DNA of 64,000 nt from positions 73,594,001-73,658,000 of the forward strand of contig OX597817.1 in assembly GCA_951406725.2 (NCBI GenBank), in the 5' to 3' direction. Below the pieces are notes generated by a model. The model saw only the letters and a program-made list of their open reading frames with translations. It did not search any database and had not been told where the DNA came from. The DNA comes from Octopus vulgaris. Taxonomy: Eukaryota. The position numbers and the translations under genes were made by a program. Of the stretch, positions 1 through 12,377 are shown in pieces (the stretch's first letter is position 1; the number at the start of each line of letters is the position of its first letter).

Positions 1-59
1 TGTGTGTGTGTGTGTGTGCGTGTGTGCGTGTGTGTGTGTGTGTGTCTGTGTGTCTGTAT

Positions 60-280
60 CTGTGTGCTTTTACCTGTATTTGTCCTTCCACCACTTGAAA
101 ACAGGCGTTGGCGTATTTAGGTCCTCGTAAAATAGTGGCTCGGCAAAAGAGATTAATAGAATAGGTAACAGGCTTTGAAAACTAAGTACTGGGGTCGGTT
201 CGTTCTGTTAAAATTCTTCAAGGCGGCGCCCCAGCATGGCCGCTTTCTAAAGACTGAAACAAGTAAAAGATAAAAGATAT
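60..280 (+). mobile_element. 3' half of tRNA-derived SINE (family S1)
   Basis: Matches the 3' half of the copies at 11137-11330 and 29890-30090 (...aaggcggcgccccagcatggccg...gactgaaacaagtaaaagataaaag); preceded by (TG)n. Confidence 0.8.
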
Positions 281-1133
281 ATATTCATCTGGCCAGCTGT
301 GATTGTCCAGCTCGGTAATTTCTTTCAGATTTAGTTACATTATCTGTGTTTGATGTCAACATAGTTACAGTTTAATAGACAGTGTACTTGAATACTTAGA
401 GCATTTGACATAACGAACATTGGAAGAAAATGCTGAGTTTGAGTTTAAACTTTCACAGAAACGGTGACATTGAAGGATTACATTATTTCAAGTGGAAATA
501 ACGCGAAAAGAAGCGTAACACGAATTTAGACAGAATACAGTTGTCACTCACTGACTTTTATTTAATAACACCTACACAACCTTACTAATCGAAGGAAATA
601 CATGAATTAAATGAGAAAATACAAGTTAAACAAAGTAGAGCAGAGGTTTGGGATCATAAATCTAAGCAAGAAGCGGGAATTAAGTATATAATCAAATCAA
701 TGACAGTTTAATTTTTTTGTAAATATATTTTCGTGATTTACGCTGTCATTTTCGTTAATTTCTCCTTCTTTTCTAGAGGTTAAGATCAGAAAGAATATTG
801 TGAATGTTGTCGAGGAGCTTCTAAGAAATTATTTATGATTTTGAACATAAATCTAATCAGAACTTGCTATACTCCTGAGATAATTTTGTATGAATCTATG
901 TAGCGCTCCTGAATTAATAATAACTGTTCTTCATACATTTAACAATAAGTGAATACAGTTCATACGACTAACCTACATTGATTGTAGGTGTTCTAAACCA
1001 TGAAATTATTTTAGGAAATGACTAATTTTGTAATAAAGATTTATTGCCCGGTTATAAGTTGAAGAATTTAGGCGATGGTGGTGGGTAAAAAGAAGGGTAT
1101 AGTCCACTGATTCGACTTATGATGCAGGTTTGG

Positions 1134-1370
1134 TCAGGTGGTTAAAAAATTTGATTTACAATCTCGTACTTTCCGGTTCGAATCGCATTGTGGTACTCTG
1201 GGCAATTGTATTTTACCATACAAGCCTCGTCGACCAAAAACTTGTGAGGAAAATTTGACTGACAAGCAATGTGTGGAAGCCCGCCAAGGAGATCGTTCTT
1301 GTTCATGTGTAATCAAAATCCATCGTGATTTTCAACACTACCAACTAGCCCATGTTAGCGGTGTACATTT
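1134..1370 (+). mobile_element. Degenerate tRNA-headed SINE
   Basis: A-box-like gtggttaa, B-box ggttcgaatc, then CORE-like ctctgggcaa. Confidence 0.55.
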
Positions 1371-1639
1371 TGTTGAAAGTTCCGGGTAGATCTCCGGGCT
1401 AAGGATAACTTCCCAGAAGTCCCGGAGTTCCTGAAAAATATCGTGGATTCTGCTCCTACTGTAAGTCATGGAGAAATAAAAAATAACTAATGTGCTACAT
1501 CCTACCCTAGTAGCTTACGTGTCATATTGCCTGCCTTCCTTTTCTCCATCAGTATCGAGAGGGGCCAAGCAAAGATCAAAGGTGTATTCTTTCCTTCACT
1601 GATTAAACTTTAATGAATATGTCAAGCCTGGAATTTATT

Positions 1640-2105
1640 TTATCAGCTCTCTGAGAATATGTATGGAGTTGACAGAGCAAAAAAGTCGTACGAATATAAA
1701 CCCGAAGGCGTCATCGAAAATGATAATGCAAAGATCTTATGGGATTTTATGATTCAGTGTGACCATGAGATAGGGAATAGGAAGCCAGACATAGTGTTAA
1801 ATGAGAAAGAAAGCAAACGATGCTGGATAATAGATACAGCTTGCCGAGCTGACAAGGTATACGATAAGGAAGAAAGAAAAGTCAATAGATATACCAGCTT
1901 AGCTTGGGAGGTTAAGCAGTTGTGGTCGATGAAAAAGGAAAGTACCAATAATTGTCGAGCCCAGGGAGCAGTGAGTAAAAATCTCGAGAACCGCTCGAAT
2001 ACTTCGGATGGTGCTCGAAAAATAAGGGGTGTCACCTTAGTTCACTGGTTGTGAACAGCTGGCACCGTAGTACATCTCCAGCGTTAGAAAACATTGTTAA
2101 CAAAC
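1640..2105 (+). mobile_element. R4/Dong-like non-LTR retrotransposon, restriction-like endonuclease (RLE) 3' fragment
   Basis: ORF 1659-2054 has KILWDF..QCD..I..RKPDIV....K.CWIID...K..RY..L, a PD-(D/E)xK RLE signature; frameshifted. Confidence 0.85.
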
Positions 2106-2339
2106 AAGATGAGGACAAATATCCGTCAAATTTAAATAATGTAAATAATTTCTTTTATTTGCCACTAGGGTGAAGGATGAGGGGAGCAATACAAAGACAG
2201 ACATAAAGTGTAGGGCTTTACATATAATGTAATGATAAAATAAAAAGTATACACAATGTACATTACAAGAAGGGAAGTATATATAGTATACGACACTAAA
2301 AAAAGCGAGCGGCAGGGAGTGAAAGTGATGGGATCCCCT

Positions 2340-3888
2340 CTGTGCAGAAGGACCTCCAGGGATAATCAAGGAAGAAATAGTAAGAAAGGCCCATCATTGA
2401 ACTATCTTCTGTTTATGGATGACCTGAAATTGCTTGGAAAATCTGAAAAACAGATAGACTCCTTAACCAAAACAGTCAAGAAATGTGGTAGGGACATCGG
2501 TATGGAATTTGGGAAGAAAGCAACCTGAAGAGGATTACTGTTAACATCAGGCGAGACGATGGGTGAACCCGACGATAGTGGGTATAGGTATTTAAGAACT
2601 TTGGAGCTGGATGACATTCTACACAGAGAAATGAATCTCAAGGTAGGCGAGGTGTATCAAAAAGGGTGAAGATGGTGTTGAAATCCAACCTTGCTGCCAA
2701 AAATTTGATTACCGCAATGAATATCTGGGCAGTTGCGGTGGTCAGATATAGTGCGTCCATCTTTAAATGGACTAAAGAGGAAATATCAACACTGGATAGA
2801 AAAACGAGAAAGTTGATGACGCTGCATAGGGCACTACACCCTAAAGCAAACGTAAACATACTTTATATGAAAAGAAAGAATTGTGGTAGAGGACTAATTA
2901 GTATAGGCCATTGTATAAGGAGTAAAAGGGGAACGAGTATTTGCCGAGTATTTGGTAAATAGTGATGAAAATATGGATGTAAATGCAGATGAAATGATGG
3001 GTAAGGAAGAGTTTAAACAAAGAGCTGAGGAGAAGAGAAAAGAAGACCTTCTTGAAATAAGAATGCTTGGATAGTTTGAATGGAATACACAAGACGTTAA
3101 GGATCGTGGGCATGGCTTGAGTGACGTGATTTGAAGCGTACCGCAGAAAGCCTGATCATTGTTGCACAAGACCAGGCTCTCGCTACTAGTTAAGTGAAGT
3201 ATAACATCTATAAAACTTCTGACACCCAGAAATGCAAACTCCATGGAAAGAGTGTGGAACATGTGACCCCCTTGGTAAGTGGATATGAGAGCCTTGCACA
3301 AAAAGAATACAAGCGCCGCCACGATAAAGTGTGTGTGTATCTTCATTGGTTCTTATGCCGTAAATACCAATATGAAGTAACTGAGAACTGGTATGTGCAT
3401 GTACCAAGTAAAGTTATGCAGAAGGATGGAAAAGTAACGATACTCTGGGACTATGATTTTCAAGCGGAACGTGTAATGCAGTACCGTCGGCCGGATATTT
3501 TCATATTGAATAAGAGAGACAAATACTATCAGATCATTGATGTAGCCATACCAAATGATATGAACGTTGTGAGTAAAGAGGTTGAAAAAAATCACCAATT
3601 ACTCTGAATTGAAAGTGGAAATGGCAAGGCTGTATGGAATGAGAGAGAGAGAGAGTAATGTAAAAGTGATACCAGTGGTGATCGGAGCGTTGGGCTCAAT
3701 CCCACTGAAACTTCAAGATTTCATAAGGCAACTGGAAATCCCATGCAAGATTGATGGTTTGTAAAAAGCAGCCTTATTGGGCACAGCGCACATCTTAAGG
3801 AAAGTATTATCTGTCTGAGGTCCTTGCTGTGACTTGACAGATGACTAATGACTCCGGTACATTTTTACTTACACTGTGTTACGAAGGG
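2340..3888 (+). mobile_element. R4/Dong-like retrotransposon, 5'-truncated and decayed (RT C-terminus, CCHC knuckle, RLE, 3' UTR)
   Basis: LLFMDDLKLL (RT active site), DIGMEFG, GRGLISI, YKRRHDKV, LWDY..RRPDI..IIDVAIP and VIPVVIGALG across several frames; ends at (AAT)n. Confidence 0.92.
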
Positions 3889-3964
<76 letters not shown>

Positions 3965-4005
3965 TAATAATAATAATAATAATGATGATGATGATGATGA
4001 TGATG

Positions 4006-4045
<40 letters not shown>

Positions 4046-4089
4046 TAATAATAATAATAATAATGATGATGATGATGATGATGATGATG

Positions 4090-4156
<67 letters not shown>

Positions 4157-4157
4157 T
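3889..4157. repeat. Compound (AAT)n/(GAT)n microsatellite with an internal higher-order duplication
   Basis: Directly visible; the GAT-(AAT)n-(GAT)n block occurs twice. Confidence 0.98.
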
Positions 4158-4159
4158 AA

Positions 4160-4993
4160 CAAGCCATGAACAAGGGAGCACCAATAATCATAAAATATAT
4201 AAAACATTTCATGAATAAATGGCAGACAATGCTATAGCTCCAGATAAAAGAGGGACTCAAAGCAGAGACTGAAGGATTGTTAATTGCAGCATAAGACCAA
4301 AGCCTTCTCACCAGAAATGACCAAAAACATGTAATGAAAATAAATACAAGTAACTACAGAATAAGTGAAGGTGGACAAGAAACAACAAATCATAATGTTT
4401 CTGGCTGCTCATCCTGGCTAAGAAGGAATATATTCACATACACTACAGAGTTGGGATCTATATACACTGGAAGCTGTGCTAATACTATGGAATAACAACA
4501 GAAAAAAGATGGTATAAGCACACGCCAGAAAAGGTAACAGAAAATGAGAAAGCAACCATACTCTGAGATATGCCAATACACACAGATAGAGAAATTAATG
4601 TCAATACGCCAGATATAGTCGTCAGAGATCACGAAGAAAAAATGCTTTCTAATCGACGTATCAATACCAATAGATGCCAATGTTTCTCTAAAAGAAACGA
4701 AGAAACTTTCAAAATAGAAAGACCTGGAAATGGAGGTAACTCGAATGTGGAATCTAAAAACAAACAATTCATATCATAACAGGCGCATTAGGTTTGATAA
4801 AAAAATTCAGACAAATGCATAACAAAAACACCAAGACTAACAAGTATATATAACATACAGAACATAGCACTACTTGGCACCGCACACATCCTACGTAAAA
4901 CACTTTGAATACAATAAAAATAAGAGCATCATAACAAACCACAGTACATACTCAAGGCACAGAGAGCTGCACTCGGTAGGGTAGTGAAAGCAC

Positions 4994-5073
<80 letters not shown>
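4160..5073 (+). mobile_element. R4/Dong-like 3' fragment (second family) with (AAT)n tail
   Basis: GLKAETEGLLIAA*DQSL, IHWKLC, TIL*DMPIHTDREI..NTPDIVV, IDVSIP, NIALLGTAHILRKTL; (AAT)n on both sides. Confidence 0.9.
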
Positions 5074-5164
5074 CCTTTTTATTATAAGCACACGGTCTAA
5101 AATTTGGGGGCTAGTCGATCACTTGGAGCCTGATGCTCAACTGGTACTTATTTCATCGACCCCT

Positions 5165-6420
5165 TTAAAAGTCTAGTATAAAATTCTTATCGAGATTTTT
5201 CAAAAACTAGCGTCGAATTTTTGGACACATAAATTAAGTGTTCAGAAGGCTGGACAGTGACCGAATTATTTTGCAAATCTACGATATCCCGCATTTATCT
5301 TCGCCGCCACTCCGATCATCCACATTATGCAATTAAGTCAAATTCAAGGACCCAGTTTTTGAGCATAAAATGGAGTTGTCCTACCATAGGAGGTTATTGA
5401 AAACATGCAATTGCTTTTGCAAGCCATTATATGAAGCGCAGTTACAGTGAATCACGATTAAAAGAAACCACAAAAGACGTAGCTAAAACTAGAAGCAAAA
5501 GTCGAAATTTATATATAGTAGTCAAAGTAAAATTTATGACCGAATTTCTTTAGTGATTAACTGGCAGCGAAATCTCACAGGAAATTCAAAATCGTTGCAT
5601 GAAGATTACCAGTATATTTCAGAAAGGTAACCTCATTTTAAACATTTCCTCATCTACCTATTGTAGCTCTTAGACGCAATAAAAATGTAAGAGAAATATT
5701 AACTAGCATCTCTAATCGAAATAGAAACTCCAGTGGAGTTTCTGAACGCTGTACCCCGGAAAACAGCTGCAAGAAAGGTAAGCCTCTTTCATTATGCAGC
5801 AGCATGAGTCACGTCAACTTCATCACAAATTGTAAAAAGATGCTATGAATTATGCAAAAGGTGGGATCTATAAGGATTTTAATTTGGTTACGCTGCGAAA
5901 TGCAGCAAACACAACTTGATATATGTTAGTTGCAGAACAGAAAAGTTAATTAAAATTTCAATAAGGGATAGGTATGACGTCAAGCATAATAGCGGTATTC
6001 GACGGAACTTGCCGAGCATTTTGCATCAAACGGCTGTAAATTTGAGAAACGCCTGGAACAACACATTCTGAGAAAATATTCTGAGTGTATCACTTTCAGC
6101 CCTCAAAACATATGAGAATAAATATATTTGTATATTACAAACTTCTCACCCCCGGAGTAAAGAGCAAAATGACAGTAAAATCCCATCATACTACAGAAAA
6201 TCTTTTTAGTAAATGTTCTCTTTTCTGTTGCGTTTTCTTCCTCTTTCCTTTTCCCTTGTCACCAGCAGCGAAAAAATTGATGACGCCGTTTTCTCTAAAG
6301 AGGAACGCAAAATATGTCAGGTCAAATTTTCAATTTCTGTATTTCGCCCTGTTTTCCATTTATTGTTTTGAACTCATGCAAGACAGACATACTGTCGAAA
6401 TATTGCTAATCTCTATTTAA
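5165..6420 (+). mobile_element. Penelope-like element relic (RT thumb, GIY-YIG, pLTR remnant)
   Basis: VEFLDT, LFCKST..IYL..HSDHP, YAAKCSKHNLIYV, LAEHF; many stops; degenerate HHR-like motif near 6277-6320. Confidence 0.75.
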
Positions 6421-6452
6421 TACAAAGCGTATCACGCTCTTATATAATAATG

Positions 6453-6511
<59 letters not shown>

Positions 6512-6990
6512 TAGAATAACAAGAATTGGCTTTTATGTCCTAAATACCAATACGAAATGATAGAGAATTTGAACGAGCATGTGCCTTGTTAAGTAATGCA
6601 GCAGGATGGGAAAGCAACGATATTTCTGGGATTACGATTTTCAGACTGAGAATTTGAGCATTACCATCTGGACATTGTCATATTGAATAAGAAAGACAAA
6701 TACGGTCAAATCATTGACGCAGTCATACCAAATCACATGAATATTCCGAATCAAGGGGTTAAAAAAAATCATCAGATACTCCGAATTGAAAGTGGAGATG
6801 GCAAGGCTGTTTGGAATGCGAGAGGGTAAAGTAAAAGTGGTACCAGTTGTGATCGGGGCTTTAGAGTCAATACCATTGAACATCTCAAGACTCCTTAAAG
6901 CGGTTGGGAATACCATACAAAATTGGTGTCATACAAAAATTAGTCTTGCTAGGTACTGCGCACATTCTAAAGAAAGTATTATCTGCCGAG
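6512..6990 (+). mobile_element. R4/Dong-like RLE 3' fragment (same family as 2340-3888); its 3' UTR continues at 8289-8365
   Basis: Colinear with 3350-3820 (KVEMARLFGMRE..KVVPVVIGAL); starts right after (AAT)n at 6445-6510; 8289-8345 matches 3808-3865. Confidence 0.88.
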
Positions 6991-6994
6991 GCCG

Positions 6995-8239
6995 ATCTTA
7001 ATCTCGTATGATATCGATACCTTTTCTAGTTTGGTGGTGAGCTCCTGTAGTTCTGCTTCACTGCTTCCTAAAAGGTCAATATCATCAGTAAAGCGCAAGT
7101 TGGAAATGGACTGTCCTCCAATGGAAACAGAGGGTTGGGGATCTTCAAGTGTCTCCTGTTTGATGCTCTCCAGGAAGGTGTTGAAAAGCACTGGAGAAAG
7201 AAATCATCCTTTTCGAACACCCACTGTTGGCCTTACTTCGGTTGAGAAGAAACATGATAAATTTTGTCCTATTATATTGTATTTTGTCCTATATATTATA
7301 TTTTGTCCTATAACAATAGGACAAAATTTCTCTTGTTTACTCTCAACCGAAGTAACGCCCTATAACCTCATGATAAATTTTGTCCTTTGGTTTTAAAATA
7401 TTTTCCAATGTTGTTCAGGAGAACTGTACAGCAGTAGTTTTCATATAATACTTGGATTACTTCGATGAGGTTGTTGCAGGTGTTGTAATTCTTAATCAAC
7501 TGCCTCAACCCATTATACCAAACACGGTCTGAGGAGATCAGCTCAGAGAAGAGAAATATCCTGGTTAATAGTAACAATCTAAACACAGCAACCAACATCA
7601 TGCCAAACAGGGAGTGACTTGATGAAGTGGATACCTTCAAGTACCATGGATCTACTTTGATCAGAGATGGCAGATCTCAAAAGGAGATAACAAGACTCAG
7701 TTTAGCCTCTGCTGCCATGACGAAGCTGAGCAACATATGGAAAAGCAATTCCATTAGTATCCCAACAAAGCTTAGTGTACAAAACCCTGTGGACTTCGAT
7801 CCTTTTGTATGAGTGTGAGAGCTGGATTCTTATAGCTGACATTGAGCGTAGAATCCAGGCATTTGAGCACAAGTGCTTCAGAAGACTCTTAACACACTCC
7901 GTACACAGGCAGTAAAACGAACAGCTTTGTTTGGCAGGAAGTCAAAAACACGCTGGCTGATAGGAACTACTCCTTGAGCAGGTAAAAAGATGGAAGCTCG
8001 TCTAGCACGGTCATGTATCCTGCCAAAATCCTAGCCCCAAATATTCTTCAGGTCACAGCTGAGGGAAGGCAAAAGAGAAACAGACTGAGAAAGTCCTGGT
8101 TTGACAACATCAAGGACTGACAGGTAACAATACAGCAAACCTACTACGCATGGCAGAGAACAGAGACCAGTGGCGACGGCCGACTATGAAAGCATCTAGA
8201 GTGGCATCCCAACGACTGTCAGCACCAATTAAGGGAACT

Positions 8240-8288
<49 letters not shown>
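6995..8288 (+). mobile_element. RTE-clade LINE, 5'-truncated with 5' inversion (6995-7527 minus, 7528-8240 plus) and (GAT)n tail
   Basis: Minus: TVGVRKG..LSPVLFNTFLE..SIGG..ISNLRFTDDIDLL; plus: EISSEK..VDTFKYHGS..LLYECESW..EHKCFRRL; tail at 8240-8288. Confidence 0.9.
7229..7387. mobile_element. Small MITE-like insertion with ~45-bp inverted termini inside the RTE
   Basis: ggccttacttcggttgag...ttttgtcctatt is inverted to aataggacaaaa...ctcaaccgaagtaacgcc; internal ttttgtccta repeats; interrupts RTE between YFKT and TVGV. Confidence 0.75.
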
Positions 8289-8289
<1 letters not shown>

Positions 8290-8399
8290 ATCCCTCTGAG
8301 GTTCTTGCTGTGACTTGACAGAAAACTAAGTACTCCGGTGCATTTCCATTGCCACTGCATGAACAAGTGATGATGACAACGATGATGATGATGATAATA

Positions 8400-8582
8400 A
8401 TTTCAAATTTTGGCACAAGGCCAGCAATTATGAGTGCGGGGGTAAGTCGATTACATCGACCCCAGTACTTCACTAGTACTAATTTTATCGACCCTGAAAA
8501 CATGAAAGGCAAAGTCGACCTCGGAGGAATTTGAACTCAGAACGAAAAGACGGGTGAAGTGCCGCTAAGCATTTTGCCCGGA
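8400..8582 (-). mobile_element. tRNA-derived SINE (family S2)
   Basis: Reverse complement of the family at 14340-14760 (gagttcaaattcc B-box, gtcgactttgcctttcat). Other copies near 13620-13800, 19270-19440, 26670-26960, 39685-39840, 56590-56800. Confidence 0.8.
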
Positions 8583-8639
8583 TTTACATAGAAACGTGTA
8601 AACAACAGAACAATAACCATTTGCAAAACATCTTAACAA

Positions 8640-9080
8640 AACCCTCCAATGGCCGTGGTAAGCGCCATCCAGACACAAGCAAGAAACTCTACAGATCCCG
8701 AGCCAGCCTACTCTTCGGTGTATCATGTTAAGTGATTCCCTCTTCTCCGTACTCTTTAGCCTACGGGCGCCACCGTAGAATAGATCCATTCACTCGGGTC
8801 ATCCTCACCCTATATTCACTCACCCTTCAGCAAAGGCTCTGGAGAGGGTGACAACACTTCCTGCTCAACTCTCACTTGCCTTTCCAAATGGAATTTAAAA
8901 AGTCGTTGACGCTTGGCCGAAGAGGAAAGTGTTTGTCTTCAATCTCTTCATTCTTTCACTATAGCTACCACTCAAGGAAAGCTGCCTGCCCTTCTCGACC
9001 AAAGAAAGGCGGCGTGGGTGGTCTTCGCGATGGAATCCACCAATGGTAGGATCCGTTCTACACGTGATAACAGCTGTTCC
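8640..9080 (-). mobile_element. Tx1/L1-like ORF2 3' end relic
   Basis: Similar to the minus strand of 58900-59270, which follows a zf-RVT-like motif. Confidence 0.55.
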
Positions 9081-9814
9081 ACATTAACTCCACTGATCAC
9101 GATGATAGTGGAGAAGATATGATGGTGATGATGAGGATGGTGGTAGTGTTGGTGGTAGTGGTGGTGATGATAATATTGATGATGATGATGATATGTTTAT
9201 TGGCCAACCGACTAAAGAGCGTGAGTAAGGGGTTTAATCGATTTTATTGATCTCCAATACTTGTTTGGTACTTGTTTCATCGATTCTGTACAGATGAAAG
9301 AGAAAGTCTTAAGAAATAATAAGTTCTGCTTAAAGGTGCAATAATATTTTTCCGAGTAATTTCATTACTGATAAGGAGAAACTCAACACTACATTAAGTC
9401 TGTAAAATAAAGGATAAAAAAATGTAGGGAAAATTAGCTGGGCTTGGTTCAACGTCACACATCTTCAGGAATCTTTTATATGTTCAAGCAGCAGAAACAC
9501 CAGTTGCAAGAGTAGTAGCACTAGTAGTAGCAGTTGATATCGTAGTGGAATTAGTTGTTATTTTCTTCGTTATCCCCTGGTCTATCTTTATTGAGAAGAT
9601 TTATGACCAAAGACGTTCAAACCAAGATCAGCCTGCTATTTTTTTGTCTTTAGAGTTATATGTGCAGGTATGGGTTTGTAGTAGTCTCGGGTTCAGTCTC
9701 AATGCGCTGTGTTTTGGGCAAATGTATTGTACTATAACCCCGGGGTCGATCAATGTCCTGTGACTGAATTAGGTAGACAGAAACTGTGTGGATGCCCGTC
9801 GTGAATATATATAT

Positions 9815-9992
9815 TTTCTCCTCTGTCTTCCCTCCTTGGGATCTTTCCTTCTCCTTGTTTCCGACGAAGAGCTCCGCTCGAAACGTTAAACCCTCCTTCC
9901 CTTCTTTCCTGAGCGTCAATAATACTTTAATTGTTCCACGTCCTGCGTTGCTGTGTTTTTTTCTCTTTTTTTCTGTGTTTTCTTGTTTGGAT

Positions 9993-9997
<5 letters not shown>
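9815..9997 (+). mobile_element. Short HHR-bearing repeat (Penelope pLTR/retrozyme-like), family H-A
   Basis: Near-identical to 23160-23340; HHR 9857-9891 gttt-CCGACGA-a-gagc-tcc-gctc-GAAA-cgtt-aaac (U4C in this copy). Confidence 0.75.
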
Positions 9998-10065
<68 letters not shown>

Positions 10066-10172
10066 TTACATATATATATATATATATGGTGGTCTTACAA
10101 GAAGCTGTATATACTGTGGTAGTCTCAGAGAACGAAAGAGATTTGCTGTTCAGGGGAGATAATCGTTTCTAA

Positions 10173-10233
<61 letters not shown>

Positions 10234-10474
10234 GGTATAAGTTAGGGGTGTTTAAAACCTCTAAGGGTTGGTTAAATCCAAAGGCGCTCCTGGTGATTAG
10301 CTGCGTATGTACTGTCCTTGGTAAAGTTATACGGTAGCAGGTAATTCAACAAGTAAACCGTAGTTCGAATTATATGCAAGAAGTAAATGGAGGAAAACTA
10401 ACAGGAAGAAGTTAGTCGTTTGTGCTAGTATGCCATTAATTTAATTAATTAATAAAGAAATGTGGTAGTAATAG

Positions 10475-10530
10475 TACATTTACGATCGTTTCTGTTTACC
10501 AGTTGTGGTGGTAGACATCATCAGAATGCA
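10475..10530 (-). ncRNA. Type I hammerhead ribozyme, intact core
   Basis: tgcatt-CTGATGA-tgtctacca-ccacaac-tggtaaaca-GAAA-cgatc-GTA-aatgta; palindromic stem III (acgatcgt). Confidence 0.8.
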
Positions 10531-10786
10531 TAGTCATATGTAGAGGTGAGAAGAGCGAAATACATAGGGACACATTGGTAACGCCGGTGAAAAGTCTAGC
10601 CAGAATAAACACTTAGAAAATATGCACCTACTTAGACTTCGGACTACAGATCAAAATAACCTACATCCTACATCCACTTCGCAGCAGAATTATCAACTAT
10701 AATGTAAGACTCCCCATTCTTTGTCTTTACTCTCGTTACTAATGTATCCCTATGTCTTTCGCTCTTCGCACCTCTACATATGACTA

Positions 10787-10842
10787 CGAATTCTGATGAT
10801 GTCTACCACCACAACAGGTAAGCAGAAACTATCGTAAATGTA
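10787..10842 (+). ncRNA. Type I hammerhead ribozyme, intact core, weakened stems
   Basis: att-CTGATGA-tgtctacc..ggtaagca-GAAA-ctatc-GTA-aat. Confidence 0.65.
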
Positions 10843-10949
10843 CTATTACTAACACTGTTCTTTATTAATTAATTAAATTAATGGCTTACTAGCGCAAACG
10901 GCTAAATTCCTCCTGTTATTTTCCCTCCATTTACTTCTTCTATATATAT

Positions 10950-11330
10950 AGGCGTAGGAGTGGTTTCGGGTTCAGTCCCACTGCGTGGCACCTTGGGCAA
11001 GTGTCTTCTACTATAGCCTCGGGCCGACCAAAGCCTTGTGAGTGGATTTGGTAGACGGAAACTGAAAGAAGCCCGTCATATTTGTGTATATATATGTGTG
11101 TATGTGTATGTGTATATGTTTGTGTGTCTGTGTTTGCCCCCCCAACATCGCTTGACAACCGATGCTGGTGTGTTTACGTCCCCGTAACTTAGCGGTTCGG
11201 CAAAAGAGACCGATAGAATAAGTACTAGGCTTACAAAGAATAAATCCTGGGGTCGATTTGCTCGACTAAAAAGGCGGTGCTCCAGCATGGCCGCAGTCAA
11301 ATGACTGAAACAAGTAAAAGAGTAAAGAGT
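10950..11330 (+). mobile_element. tRNA-derived CORE-like SINE (S1) with internal microsatellite
   Basis: B-box gggttcagtccc; CORE-like ggcaccttgggcaagtgtcttc; internal (TG/TA)n; tail (gtaaaaga)n. Resembles described octopus tRNA-SINEs; exact family not assigned. Confidence 0.85.
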
Positions 11331-11359
11331 ATATATATTTGTGTGTGTTTGTATCCGAG

Positions 11360-11573
11360 TGTGTGCGTCTGTGCCTCTCTTTGTTGCCCCCGCTACCGCC
11401 TGATAACCGGTATTACTGTGTTTACGTCCTCGTAACTTAGCGGTTTAGCAAACAAGTCCGATAGAGTAAATGCTAAACTTTAAAAAAAATGGTGAGTTCA
11501 ATTTCTGGACTAAGAACTTTCAAGGCAGTGCGCCAGCATGACTGCAGTCAAAAGAAACAAGTAAAAGATATAA

Positions 11574-11575
<2 letters not shown>
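11360..11575 (+). mobile_element. SINE S1 3' half
   Basis: Diverged match to 11137-11330. Confidence 0.75.
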
Positions 11576-11647
<72 letters not shown>

Positions 11648-11763
11648 GTATGTATGTATAGGGTTCTGTTTCTGTGTTTGTTACCCCACACCGCTTGACA
11701 ACTAGTGTTGGTTTGTTTACATCTCCGTAACTTAGCTTTTCTGCACAAGATATCGGTTAAATA

Positions 11764-12377
11764 CGCGGAGTTCTGTTTTTGATTCGACGGTCATTCGGAA
11801 TGCTCACAGCAGCCATATTCCTACCGCTCTATGTCACGCTGGTGAGACCCATATTGGAGTACGGGATTCAAGCCTCTTCTCCTTATCTCCTCAAAACATA
11901 CATCATCTCGCAAGAGTCCAGAAGCTGGCTACCCGCAAGGTTCTTGGTCTCAAGCATTTGTCTTATGAAGAAAGGTTGAAGACGCTCGACTTTTATTCTC
12001 TAGAAAAACGACGACGCCGTGGTGATCTCATTCTTGCTCACAACATCATAAGCGGAAAGTGTAACCTCTCGAAAGAGCTGTTCTTCACTCCTGCTCCAGA
12101 GCGTCGGCTGCGGGGTCACTCCGAAAAGCTCTATGTGCAACGATTTCATCTCAATCGAAGGAGAGGTGCTTTCTCCGTCCGGGTTGCGGATCCGTGGAAT
12201 AAGCTGCCGGACGAGATAGTGAAGATGCCGGCGACCCCTCGGTTCAAAGTTTCTCTTGACCAGAAATGGCCTGAACTCTTTGCATGAACACCCTCCCTGT
12301 ACACAACTCCATGTCCCCCTACATGGCCTTGCTTTTTGCTTTTTGAGCCAAAAAAATAACTTTAACTTTAACTTTAA
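11764..12377 (+). mobile_element. CR1-group LINE 3' fragment inserted in an S1 SINE
   Basis: LIRRSF..LYVTLVRPILEYG, MSYEERLKTL..SLEKRRRRGDLI, RLRGH, FSVRV..WNKLP; (TTTAAC)n tail; SINE halves at 11660-11763 and 12378-12470. Confidence 0.9.

Larger units (their letters stand above)
10378..10939. repeat. Inverted repeat (~205-bp arms, ~150-bp spacer), each arm carrying a hammerhead
   Basis: 10378-10583 is the reverse complement of 10734-10939 with scattered mismatches. Confidence 0.92.
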
